Positions 48,363 to 57,948 of a stretch of DNA of 64,000 nucleotides are shown one piece after another. This stretch comes from Dehalococcoidia bacterium (GTDB lineage: Bacteria; Chloroflexota; Dehalococcoidia; Lucifugimonadales; QGNO01), in contig OZ252212.1 of the NCBI GenBank assembly GCA_965248955.1, positions 1,536,482-1,600,481 on the forward strand. Direction: 5' to 3'. The position numbers and the translations under genes are program-made. The notes under the pieces are model-generated. The model ran no database searches, was not told where the DNA came from, and worked only from the letters and a program-made list of their open reading frames with translations. Numbering within the stretch: the first letter of the stretch is position 1; each line of letters begins with the position of its first letter.

Positions 48363-49766
48363 ATGACAGTCAATAAGAAGCCAAGGACAATACGGGATCT
48401 CCGCAAGAGTGGATACCGGGTCTTGCCAATCAGGGAAGAGCTCAGGCGCAACCTGGTGAAGAGGCTGCGTAACAAAGAGACCCTCTTCCCCAAGATAGTG
48501 GGCTTTGAAGACACCGTAGTGCCTCAGATCCAGAACGCCATACTGGCGGGGCAGGACATTGTCCTGCTGGGGGAGCGCGGCCAGGCTAAGTCGCGCATCA
48601 TCCGCTCCCTGACGACTCTGCTGGACGACGAGATACCGGTCATAGCGGGATGTGAAATCAACGACAACCCGTTTGCCCCTGTGTGCCGCGCCTGCCGCGA
48701 CAAGTGCCACGAGATGGGAGACGAAGTCGAGATAGCCTGGCTGCAGAGGGACGACCGCTACGGAGAAAAGCTGGCCACGCCGGACATCTCCATGGCAGAC
48801 CTCATCGGTGAAGCGGACCCCATCCGCGTGGCCGAGGGCCGCTATCTGTCAGACGAGCTTACCATTCACTACGGACTTATTCCCCGCACCAACAGGGGGA
48901 TATTCTCCATAAACGAACTCCCCGATCTGGCGGAGCGCATACAGGTTGGCCTGTTTAACCTCATGGAGGAGCGGGACATACAGATCAAGGGCTATCGCAT
49001 CCGGCTGCCGCTGGACGTTTACATTGTGGCCACCGCCAATCCGGAGGACTACACCAACCGCGGCCGCATCATTACGCCTCTCAAAGACCGGTATGGCTCG
49101 CATATTCGCACCCACTATCCGCGAGCCATCGAAGAGGAGATAGACATAGTGGAGCAGGAGCGGGCAAACCTCGGAGAGATAGAGGAGATGGTCACCGTTC
49201 CGCAGTACATGAAGGAGATCATCGCGGAGATCACCGCTCTGGCCAGGCGCAGCCCGGACATCAACCAGCGCTCCGGGGTCAGCGTACGCGTCTCCATAGC
49301 CAACTTTGAGACGGCGATGAGCAATTCGGCGCGGCGTGCCTTCCTGCACGGGGAAAAGTCGTCCGCCCCACGCATCAGCGATCTCAGCTTCATCCTTCCC
49401 TCTTCCAGCGGCAAGATAGAGCTGGAGACCGTGGAGGAGGGAAGGGAGCCTCGCATCATAGAAGACCTCATCAAGAAAGCCGTGCTCAACGTGTTCAGCC
49501 GTTACTTCAACGTCAGGGACTTGGAGACGCTTATCCTCAGATTCGACGAGGGGGCGGTCATGGAAACGGGCAACGAGATCCCGTCCAGGGAGTACGCCAA
49601 GGCTGGGAGAAGCCTGGCAGGCCTCAGCGATGCGTTGACACGGTTGGAATCGGACGGCTCCCCGGAACTGGTCGCGTCCGGTACGGAGTTCATACTGGAA
49701 GGACTGCATCTGAACCGCAGGCTCAACCGCGATAGAGTGGAAGGCCGGTTCCGCTACCGGGCGTAG
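48363..49766 (+). CDS. magnesium-chelatase ChlI-like AAA+ ATPase
   Basis: GERGQAKS, EKLATPD, INELPDL and ANPEDYTNRGRII motifs. Confidence 0.85.
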   Translation: MTVNKKPRTIRDLRKSGYRVLPIREELRRNLVKRLRNKETLFPKIVGFEDTVVPQIQNAILAGQDIVLLGERGQAKSRIIRSLTTLLDDEIPVIAGCEINDNPFAPVCRACRDKCHEMGDEVEIAWLQRDDRYGEKLATPDISMADLIGEADPIRVAEGRYLSDELTIHYGLIPRTNRGIFSINELPDLAERIQVGLFNLMEERDIQIKGYRIRLPLDVYIVATANPEDYTNRGRIITPLKDRYGSHIRTHYPRAIEEEIDIVEQERANLGEIEEMVTVPQYMKEIIAEITALARRSPDINQRSGVSVRVSIANFETAMSNSARRAFLHGEKSSAPRISDLSFILPSSSGKIELETVEEGREPRIIEDLIKKAVLNVFSRYFNVRDLETLILRFDEGAVMETGNEIPSREYAKAGRSLAGLSDALTRLESDGSPELVASGTEFILEGLHLNRRLNRDRVEGRFRYRA

Positions 49767-49823
49767 GGTGGTGGCGATTCTCCGCACCGTGTTAAGGTGG
49801 CAGACTATCGGACACCCCCAACG

Positions 49824-49914
49824 CTGTCACTCTGAGGCCGAACAGGCCGAAGAATCTTCAAGCACCGCCACCCAGCGTGGCAATCCTTCGTCGCTGCGCT
49901 CTTCAGGATGACAG
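49824..49914. repeat. REP-like paired palindrome
   Basis: CTGTCACTCTGAG...GAAGAATCT ... ATCCTTCG...TCAGGATGACAG. The 16-mer CTTCGTCGCTGCGCTC recurs at 38192-38207. Confidence 0.75.
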
Positions 49915-49980
49915 TGTGGGAGAGTTTGGCAATCATCTGCTAATATGTCGCCTGTATAGTCCATTCTCAAAGGAGGCAGC

Positions 49981-50826
49981 ATGGCAGACTCCCTTCCCCA
50001 GTTGGAAGACGGCGCGCAGACCGTCTTCTTCAAATCCGGCGGCGAGTGGTGTTTCTTCCGCACCCCGCCGTCTTACACCACGTCCGGCCCGCCCTTGCCC
50101 TGCGTGATCCAGTGCCACGGCAACAGCGGCTACGTCCGTGACGGAGAGTACGCCGTATCCACTTCCGACACCCTGGATGACCAGGGGAGGAGCATCTTCA
50201 TCAGGACGCTGGTCGACGCGGGAATCGTCGTGGCCGGTTCGCATGCCAGGGGCAGCGCCTGGGGCAGACCCGACGCAGTGGCTGCTTACGCCGCCCTGTT
50301 CAACTCGCTGATCAAAGATGCCAACGTTGATCCGGAGCGCATAGGGATGCTTGGCGGCGGCCTGGGAGGCTCCGCCCTGTGGAGCGCTGTCACTGGCCCT
50401 CTCCTGGGCAAGGTCCGCGCCGCCGCATTGCAGCAGGCCACACTCAATTTCGACAACGTCATCAGAGAGCACAAGTTCAAGGGAGACCTACTGGAGGCCT
50501 GGGGAATTCCCAGAGAGGCGGACGATGACCTGGCCGTGGCCTCCCTTGCCGGCAACGACCCCGTGACCAGGACCCGCATGCTGATATTGGAGCGGGGAGA
50601 GGCGGCGGCGTCCCTCCTCCCGGAGGTGGGCTTCTTCCACGGCGACGAGGACGAAAACATGCTCTACGAAGGCAACCCGGTAGCTCTGGCCGGTGTCTTG
50701 GAAACGTGCGGAGCCAGGCATACCTTCTACACGTACCGGGGGGTGGGTCACGCCACTTACGCCATGGGCAAACCGGTTGCCGAAGACATCAAGGAGTTCT
50801 TCAGCAAAGCCTTTGGCATGGCATAG
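49981..50826 (+). CDS. alpha/beta-hydrolase-fold protein with Gly at the nucleophile position
   Basis: CHG, RIGMLGGGLGG, FHGDED and GVGH motifs. SD AAGGAGG. Confidence 0.7.
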   Translation: MADSLPQLEDGAQTVFFKSGGEWCFFRTPPSYTTSGPPLPCVIQCHGNSGYVRDGEYAVSTSDTLDDQGRSIFIRTLVDAGIVVAGSHARGSAWGRPDAVAAYAALFNSLIKDANVDPERIGMLGGGLGGSALWSAVTGPLLGKVRAAALQQATLNFDNVIREHKFKGDLLEAWGIPREADDDLAVASLAGNDPVTRTRMLILERGEAAASLLPEVGFFHGDEDENMLYEGNPVALAGVLETCGARHTFYTYRGVGHATYAMGKPVAEDIKEFFSKAFGMA

Positions 50827-50838
50827 GAGGAGGAATCT

Positions 50839-51729
50839 ATGAACCAGCGCGACTTAATTGGATACGGGGCCAACCCGCCCCGGGTCGAGTGGCCGGGTAA
50901 GGCACGCATAGCCGTATCCGTGGTGGTCAACTACGAAGAGGGCGCGGAATACTCGATACTGGACGGGGATTCGCAGGGCGAGAGCATGGGAGAGGTGCCA
51001 TCGCCGGTTCCTCCGGGAGAGCGCGACCTGGCCAACGAGTCGTTCTACGAATACGGAAGCAGGGCCGGCGTGTGGCGAATTCTCCGCATTCTGCAACGGC
51101 TCAACGTGAAGAGCACGTTCTACGCATGCGCCCTGGCCCTGGAACGCAACCCTGAAGTGGGCCCTGAGATCGTGAAAGGGGGGCACGAGGTGATGGGGCA
51201 CGGCTACCGGTGGGAGGAGTATTTCAAGATGGACCGTGACGCGGAGCGCGAGGCCATCCGCAAAGCGGTGGACTCCATCACCAAGACAACGGGTCATCGG
51301 CCCCTGGGCTGGTATACCCGCTACGGTCCCAGCGTCAACACCAGGGACCTGGTCATAGAGGAGGGCGGTTTCCTGTACGACTGCAACTCATACGCCGACG
51401 ATCTGCCGTTCTACACCAGCGCCGTCGGCAAGCCGTGGCTGGTCGTGCCCTATTCGCTGGAGGTGAACGATGTGAAGTACTGGCGAGGGGGCATGTCCAA
51501 CCCCAGCGATTTCTACGAGGCTATGCGCAACACCTTCGATCTGCTCTACGAGGAAGGGGCAACCCACCCCAAGATGATGTCCATAGGGCTGCACTGCCGT
51601 ATAGTGGGGAAGCCGGCTCGGGCCGCCGTCCTGGAGCGGTTCCTGGAATACGCCGCTTCGCGGCCCAACGTCTGGTTTGCCCGCAGGATAGACATTGCTC
51701 GCTGGTGGCTGGATAGATATCCACCGTAG
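50839..51729 (+). CDS. polysaccharide-deacetylase family, allantoinase PuuE-like (copy 1)
   Basis: WPGKARIAVS.VVNYEEG, YEYGSRAG.WR, HGYRW, YADDLP and MMSIGLHCR motifs. Confidence 0.9.
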   Translation: MNQRDLIGYGANPPRVEWPGKARIAVSVVVNYEEGAEYSILDGDSQGESMGEVPSPVPPGERDLANESFYEYGSRAGVWRILRILQRLNVKSTFYACALALERNPEVGPEIVKGGHEVMGHGYRWEEYFKMDRDAEREAIRKAVDSITKTTGHRPLGWYTRYGPSVNTRDLVIEEGGFLYDCNSYADDLPFYTSAVGKPWLVVPYSLEVNDVKYWRGGMSNPSDFYEAMRNTFDLLYEEGATHPKMMSIGLHCRIVGKPARAAVLERFLEYAASRPNVWFARRIDIARWWLDRYPP

Positions 51730-51790
51730 CCTTAGGCAGGCCTATCATCCGTCATCCAAGGCTTGCGCATCACGGCAAGAAGGAGGAGCT

Positions 51791-52669
51791 ATGGTCACGG
51801 AACGCGATTTCATTGGATACGGCCCAAACCCGCCCAGGGTGGAGTGGCCCAACGGAGCCCGCATCGCGGTTTCGGTGGTGGTCAACTACGAAGAGGGCTC
51901 CGAGTATTCCGTGCTGGACGGAGACCCCCAGGGAGAGGGGCCGTCCCTGGTCGACCCCGGCCAGCGCGACCTCTACATGGAGTCGACCTTTGAATACGGA
52001 AGCAGGGCCGGGGTATGGCGCGTTTTCGACATTCTGCAAGAGTACAACGTCAAAGCCAGCTTCTTCGGCTGCGCTCTGGCCCTGGAACGCAATCCCTACG
52101 TTGGCCCCGAAATCATCAAGAGGGGCCACGACGTGGTGGGGCACGGCTACAGGTGGGAGACGTACTACCAGATGGACCGCGATACGGAAAGGGAGCTCAT
52201 CCACAAAGCGGTGGAGTCTTTCATCAAGACCACCGGCCAGCGCCCTCTGGGTTGGTACACCCGTGCAACACCCAGCCTGAACACCCGTGAGCTGTTGATT
52301 GAAGAGGGCGGGTTCCTGTACGACTGCAACTCCTACGCCGACGACCTGCCTTTCTACACCAACGTCAAGGGAAGGAAATGGCTGGTTGTCCCCTACACGC
52401 TAGAGGTGAACGATTTCCAGTTCTTCCAAGGACTCATTGCCCGTCCCAGCGATTTCTACGAGATAATGCGCAGCGCCTTCGACAGGCTCTACGAGGAAGG
52501 AGCCACCCATCCCAAGATGATGTCCATAGGCCTTCACTGCCGCATGGTGGGCCGCCCCGCCCGCGCCGTGGCCTTGCAGCGGTTCCTGGAATACGCCGCG
52601 TCTAAACCGGACGTCTGGTTTGCACGCCGCACCGACATAGCAAAGTGGTGGTTGGAAAGATACCCTTGA
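51791..52669 (+). CDS. polysaccharide-deacetylase family, allantoinase PuuE-like (copy 2)
   Basis: Same motifs as copy 1. Start at ATG 51791 after SD AAGGAGGAG. Confidence 0.9.
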   Translation: MVTERDFIGYGPNPPRVEWPNGARIAVSVVVNYEEGSEYSVLDGDPQGEGPSLVDPGQRDLYMESTFEYGSRAGVWRVFDILQEYNVKASFFGCALALERNPYVGPEIIKRGHDVVGHGYRWETYYQMDRDTERELIHKAVESFIKTTGQRPLGWYTRATPSLNTRELLIEEGGFLYDCNSYADDLPFYTNVKGRKWLVVPYTLEVNDFQFFQGLIARPSDFYEIMRSAFDRLYEEGATHPKMMSIGLHCRMVGRPARAVALQRFLEYAASKPDVWFARRTDIAKWWLERYP

Positions 52670-52718
52670 GTGGCAAGTACAGGGCGCGGCGGTAGAGGTG
52701 GGGACGCGCCCCGCCGCC

Positions 52719-52746
52719 GGATTGCTTCGGTCCCTCGCAATGACGA
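52719..52746 (-). repeat. solo REP-like hairpin (GTCATTGCGAG...GAAGCAATCC type)
   Basis: GGATTGCTTCGGTCCCTCGCAATGAC. Confidence 0.55.
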
Positions 52747-52826
52747 GAGGGGGAGGCCGTTTGCCCGTTTGCCCGTCTGTCCGTATATAATGCCTCCGCT
52801 AGACACCGTCATCAAGGAGGCCTCTC

Positions 52827-53507
52827 ATGACCATGACCATAGTCGGCTACGACCCCGGAACGGGTCAGTTTGGAGGAGCCGTTGCCACCAAGAACCCCGC
52901 CGTAGGCTCACGCGTACTGCGCGGCATGGGCGAAGTGGGCATGGTCGGCTTCAGTTCAAATGAGACCCAGCGCCGCCGCGGCATAGCCCTGCTTCAGCTG
53001 GGCTTCCCCGCCCCCGTTGCCTTGGAAGCGCTGATCAAGGTCAGCAAAGGGCAGGGCCAGTACAGCCTGATTGACCGGAGCGGCCTCTCCGCCGCCTACT
53101 CCTCGCCCTCCCTGGCTCCCTGGCATGGTAGCCGTTCCGGCAAGAACTACGCTTGCGGAGCCAACACCATGGTCGGCCCTGCGGTGGTGCAGGCGCTGGG
53201 AGACACCTTTGAACAGACCGAAAACAGCGGCCTGCGTCTGGAAGAGCGACTCCTCATGTGCCTGGAGGCAGCCCAGGCCACCGGCGGCGACAACAGGGGC
53301 AGACAGTCCGCTGCCGTGCAAGTCCACTGGAAGCGCATAGACGCCAACCCCTACTTGGACATCCGTATAGATGACCATCCCAACCCAATTCCGGAGCTGA
53401 AAGCCGTGACCAAGATTTACCGGCAGGCCTACCCGGAATACTCCTCTCAAACCTGGCCTGAGCTCGATGCCGGCGGTCATCCCATACTCTATCCCGGAAG
53501 CTGGTAG
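52827..53507 (+). CDS. DUF1028 family Ntn-hydrolase-like protein
   Basis: MTMTIVGYDP.TGQFG.AVAT, GGDNRGRQSAA and DIRIDDHPNPI.EL motifs. Confidence 0.85.
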   Translation: MTMTIVGYDPGTGQFGGAVATKNPAVGSRVLRGMGEVGMVGFSSNETQRRRGIALLQLGFPAPVALEALIKVSKGQGQYSLIDRSGLSAAYSSPSLAPWHGSRSGKNYACGANTMVGPAVVQALGDTFEQTENSGLRLEERLLMCLEAAQATGGDNRGRQSAAVQVHWKRIDANPYLDIRIDDHPNPIPELKAVTKIYRQAYPEYSSQTWPELDAGGHPILYPGSW

Positions 53508-53622
53508 CACGTTGACATAGCCGCATATGTCATTAAAATTGCTTCTAGTTTCTATTCGTACCGGGAGGCGGCTGGGCCGTTGCCTACACCTTGGATGGCA
53601 TCCCTCTGAAGGAGTGTGAATC

Positions 53623-56600
53623 GTGCCTGTTGAAAAAGAGATCTCCGCCAGTGTTATCAATTCTCTGAGGTGGCGCAACATCGGCCCGCCCCGCGGCGGA
53701 CGCGTGGTTGCTGTAGCCGGGCATCCCACGCAGGACATGGTCTTCTACTTCGGCGCCTGCACCGGCGGCGTCTGGAAGACCAGCGACGGCGGTACATACT
53801 GGGAAAACGTCTCGGACGCCTTCTTCAAGACCTCCGCCGTCGGCGCAATCGCCGTCGCAGACTCGGACCCCAACGTCATCTACGCCGGGATGGGCGAGGC
53901 GTGCATCAGGGGCAACGTCTCCTACGGCGACGGCGTCTACAAGTCCACGGACGGCGGCGCAACTTGGGCCAACGTGGGATTGCAAGATACCCGCCACATA
54001 GCCCGCGTCCGTGTCCACCCTCAGGACCCTGATCTCGTTTACGTGGCCGCACTGGGTCACGCCTATGGCCCCAACGGCGAACGCGGCGTCTTCCGCTCCG
54101 CCGACGGCGGCAAGAACTGGGAGCGCGTGCTGTTTATCAGTGACAACACGGGCGCTATAGACCTCACTTTCGACCCGACCAATCCGCGCATACTCTTCGC
54201 CACCACGTGGCAGGTGCATCGCACCCCGTGGAGCCTGAACGGCGGCGGCCCGGAAAGCGGCATCTTCCGCTCCCTGGACGGCGGGGATACCTGGCAGGAT
54301 CTCAGCGGCAGGCTGGGACTCCCCCAGGGAATCAAGGGGCGCATAGGCATCACCGCCTCCGCCGCCCGCCCCGGCCGTGTTTGGGTCACCATAGAAGCGG
54401 ACCCGCCGGGGGTGTTCCGCTCCGACGACAACGGGGAGACGTGGCAGCTGGTCAGCGACAGCCTGGACGTCCAGGCCCGGCCATGGTACTACCAGCACAT
54501 CTTCGCCGATCCGAAAGACGCGGAAACGGTGTGGATACTCAACTCCTCTGTCTGGAAGTCTACCGACGGCGGCCGCACCTACAACCAGGTGAACACGCCG
54601 CACGGTGACAATCACGACCTCTGGATAGACCCTCGGAATCCCCTGCGCATGGTTGAGGGCAACGACGGCGGAGCCACGGTCACATTCAACGGCGGCGACA
54701 CCTGGTCGACTATCTATAATCAGCCCACCGCCCAGTTCTACCACGTGGACACCGACAACCAGTTCCCCTACCGCGTCTACGGCACGCAGCAGGACAACTC
54801 CGCGATAAGCGTGCCCTCCCGTACCCACAAGGGAGTCATCCCCTGGGGCGATTGCTACACTGTCGGCAGCTCTGAGAGCGGCTATATCGCCGTCCACCCG
54901 GACGACCCCAACATCGTCTTCTCAGGCGCAATAGGCAGCTCTCCCGGCGGGGGTGGCAATCTGCTCCGCTACGACCATAGCACAGGGCAGGTCCGCATCG
55001 TGACGGTTTGGCCGGAGTTCTATACCGGCTGGGGCGCTAGGGACATGAAGTACCGCTTCCAATGGACGTATCCCATCAAGTTTTCTCCGCATGACTCCAA
55101 CGTCCTGTACGTAACCGGCAACATGGTGTTCCGCTCCACCGACCAAGGCGATAGCTGGGAAGCCATAAGCCCCGACCTCACCCGCCATGATCCCTCTACC
55201 CTGGAGCCCTCCGGCGGCCCCATCACCAGGGACACCTCCGGCGCTGAGACGTACGCCACCATTTTCGCTTTCGCGGAGTCACCACTGGAGAAGGGTCTCT
55301 TCTGGGCCGGCTCGGACGACGGCTTGGTGCACGTCTCCCGTGATGGGGGCAAGAGCTGGCAGGACGTTACGCCCAAAGACCTTGGCGAGTGGACCCTGAT
55401 CACTATGATAGAACCCTCGCCGCATGACCCTGCCGCGGCTTACATGACCGCCACGCGATACAAGATGGACGACCCCAGGCCTATGCTGTTCAAGACCTTG
55501 GACTACGGAGCCACATGGACATCTATAGTGGTCGGCATCGGGGAGGACGATTATCTGCGCTGCGTACGTGAAGACACGGTCAACCCGGCACTTCTCTACG
55601 CGGGCAGCGAGACCGGCGCCTACGTATCGTTCGACCAGGGAGCGGCCTGGCAGCCTCTTCAGTCCAACCTGCCCGCCGTCCCCGTCTACGACCTTGCCGT
55701 GAAGAACGACGACTTGGTGGCCGCCACTCACGGTCGCTCCTTCTGGATACTGGACGACGTTACCCGCCTGCGCCAGATAAGCCAGGATGTAGCGGGCAAG
55801 AGGGCGCATCTCTTCAAGCCCCGCGATACGTACCGTCCCGCGGCGCCATTCGGAGCCAGGCGCGGTTCGGCGGGCAAGAACTACATGCTTTCACTGGGAG
55901 CCCCCATAGCCTATTACGAGACCAAGGACGAGATGGGGAACGTTGTTCAGAAACTCCTAGACGCCGGTGAGAACCCGCCTTCAGGCGTCATCCTCACCTA
56001 CTATCTGAAAGACGCCCCGGAGGGTGAACTGAACCTGACCTTCAGCGACTCCAAGGGCGGTCTGATCAAGACCTTCTCCAACTTGAAGCCTGAGCAGCCG
56101 TCCCAACACCAGCCGGAAGACCCCCGCCTGCCCGCCAATCAGGGCGGCAACAGCTTTGTTTGGGACATGCGCTATCCGTACGCCCGCAAGGTTCCCGATG
56201 ACAAGGCGCTGGATCCAGTGACCACTGGTCCCCTGGCCCCGCCTGGGACGTACACCGCTACCCTCACCGTGGACGGCGAGTCCCAAACTCAGAGCTTCCA
56301 GCTGCTCAAAGACCCTCGCGTCGCCGCCAGCCAGCAGGACTTCGACGAACAGTTCGCCGCCGCCCTGCAGGTGCGCGACAAGCTCTCGGAGGTCACCAAC
56401 GCCATCCTTGACCTGCGCAGCATCAGGGAGCAGACCGAAGAGTGGGCCAAGCGCGCCGAAAGCTCTCCCGCCGCTGACACGGTAACCGCCGCCGCCCAGG
56501 GGCTCAAGGACAAGCTCACCGCCATAGAAAACGAGCTGATGCAGACCGGCTACGGGGGCGAGCGGGACCGCCTCCACATTCAGACGAAGCTCAACCGCAA

Positions 56601-56790
56601 GCTTGCCGAGCTGATGAACGTGATTTCAGCCGCCGACTTCAAGCCGCCCAAGCAGATATACGACGTTTTCACGGATATCACGGGGCGCATAGACCCCCAT
56701 CTTCACAGCTTGCAGCAGATCAAGGACAAGGACCTGGAGGAGTTCGTCAATCTGCTCCACGAGATAGAGGTGCCGCCAATAGTCCCCTAG
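53623..56790 (+). CDS. BNR/Asp-box (VPS10-like) beta-propeller 'glycosyl hydrolase'
   Basis: WRNIGP.RGGR, many S.DGG.TW Asp-box repeats, C-terminal helical region. Confidence 0.88.
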   Translation: MPVEKEISASVINSLRWRNIGPPRGGRVVAVAGHPTQDMVFYFGACTGGVWKTSDGGTYWENVSDAFFKTSAVGAIAVADSDPNVIYAGMGEACIRGNVSYGDGVYKSTDGGATWANVGLQDTRHIARVRVHPQDPDLVYVAALGHAYGPNGERGVFRSADGGKNWERVLFISDNTGAIDLTFDPTNPRILFATTWQVHRTPWSLNGGGPESGIFRSLDGGDTWQDLSGRLGLPQGIKGRIGITASAARPGRVWVTIEADPPGVFRSDDNGETWQLVSDSLDVQARPWYYQHIFADPKDAETVWILNSSVWKSTDGGRTYNQVNTPHGDNHDLWIDPRNPLRMVEGNDGGATVTFNGGDTWSTIYNQPTAQFYHVDTDNQFPYRVYGTQQDNSAISVPSRTHKGVIPWGDCYTVGSSESGYIAVHPDDPNIVFSGAIGSSPGGGGNLLRYDHSTGQVRIVTVWPEFYTGWGARDMKYRFQWTYPIKFSPHDSNVLYVTGNMVFRSTDQGDSWEAISPDLTRHDPSTLEPSGGPITRDTSGAETYATIFAFAESPLEKGLFWAGSDDGLVHVSRDGGKSWQDVTPKDLGEWTLITMIEPSPHDPAAAYMTATRYKMDDPRPMLFKTLDYGATWTSIVVGIGEDDYLRCVREDTVNPALLYAGSETGAYVSFDQGAAWQPLQSNLPAVPVYDLAVKNDDLVAATHGRSFWILDDVTRLRQISQDVAGKRAHLFKPRDTYRPAAPFGARRGSAGKNYMLSLGAPIAYYETKDEMGNVVQKLLDAGENPPSGVILTYYLKDAPEGELNLTFSDSKGGLIKTFSNLKPEQPSQHQPEDPRLPANQGGNSFVWDMRYPYARKVPDDKALDPVTTGPLAPPGTYTATLTVDGESQTQSFQLLKDPRVAASQQDFDEQFAAALQVRDKLSEVTNAILDLRSIREQTEEWAKRAESSPAADTVTAAAQGLKDKLTAIENELMQTGYGGERDRLHIQTKLNRKLAELMNVISAADFKPPKQIYDVFTDITGRIDPHLHSLQQIKDKDLEEFVNLLHEIEVPPIVP

Positions 56791-56898
56791 CTCCCGTTCA
56801 CTCTGAGCCTAAAGTTAACCATAAGCATAGCCGAAGGGAAGGGAGTGAGCGGGAGAAAAAGCGCTCATGGTGAGTCTGTCGAACCAGATGAGCGCTTT
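56791..56898. repeat. two REP-like hairpins between convergent genes
   Basis: CTCCCGTTCACTC...GAGTGAGCGGGAG and AAAGCGCTCAT-GGTGAGTCTGTCGAACCAG-ATGAGCGCTTT. Confidence 0.7.
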
Positions 56899-56939
56899 GC
56901 CGCGTGTGGCGTATGACATATCGGCGCTTAGGATCGAAC

Positions 56940-57530
56940 CTAAGGGTAGAGTATATAGTCGGAGAGAGTCGCTACCTCCGTTTCGCTGAATATCGGTGTC
57001 CCGTAGGAAATGTAACGGACAATTTCCTGGAGGGTCAGAATTTTCACATGCTGGTATTCTTCTCGTGGCTTATGGTTCATGAGCAAAATGATGTTCCTTG
57101 GAGAGATTTTCCTGTCTCCCCAGTTTCCTGAAAATACTCGCCACATCCCTCCATTTCTAACTGCATCATTCAACAGTACAAACATGGTGAAGCTGTGTCT
57201 GTTCAATTGTTTTACCGGGGAGAACAAATCTCGGCTTTCTACCGAATCTTTGCTCCAATTCTTGGTCTCAACTAGATAGATGCCGGTCGGTCCAATGACG
57301 ATGTGATCTATCTGTACCGAGTATATTCTGTCATTTTCCCTTCTGTTGTAGATTGGTTTAGCAAACTTTAATCTGTAGTCATTGATGACTGTGTACGAGT
57401 CCGGCAGCTTCGATAACTCTTGCAATGCCCGCTCTTCACCTTCTGCGCCGTAGAACAGTGAGCGATTGGCTTGGAATATCGATAATGTTCTTTGGTGTTT
57501 TGCAATTTCGCTGGATGAGTATGTTGCATC
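56940..57530 (-). pseudogene. NERD nuclease-domain gene, C-terminal part (IS-interrupted)
   Basis: Open frame up to the IS end. GAEGEERALQELSKL, QIDHIVIGPTGIYLVETKNWS motifs. Low GC. Confidence 0.8.
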
Positions 57531-57948
57531 TCAAGTGGACCCCATCATCAGGACAGCGGTGAGGCTAAAATAAGAGAGTCTACCGCTGGGGTGTCTCGTA
57601 ACCTTCATCCGATGGTAAGGCTTGTGGATGTTCCAGTAAACACCTTTGTGGGCTCACTGCTTGGAACACCTGACCCGGTGACCGATAGCCCAGGGCTTGA
57701 TGGGGCCGCTCTTGGTTGTAGAAGGCCAGATAAGCCCCATCAAGTGGACCCCATCATCAGGACAGCGGTGAGGCTAAAATAAGAGAGTCTACCGCTGGGG
57801 TGTCTCGTAACCTTCATCCGATGGTAAGGCTTGTGGATGTTCCAGTAAACACCTTTGTGGGCTCACTGCTTGGAACACCTGACCCGGTGACCGATAGCCC
57901 AGGGCTTGATGGGGCCGCTCTTGGTTGTAGAAGGCCAGATAAGCCCCA
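57531..57948. repeat. 209-bp tandem duplication of the IS right end
   Basis: 57531-57739 is repeated at 57740-57948. Confidence 0.9.

Noticed and set aside
53584-54897. 437-aa antisense ORF (likewise 23850-24959, 48849-49787, 60616-61533, 58537-59547)
   Set aside because: Antisense mirror frames of well-supported genes, explained by codon bias.
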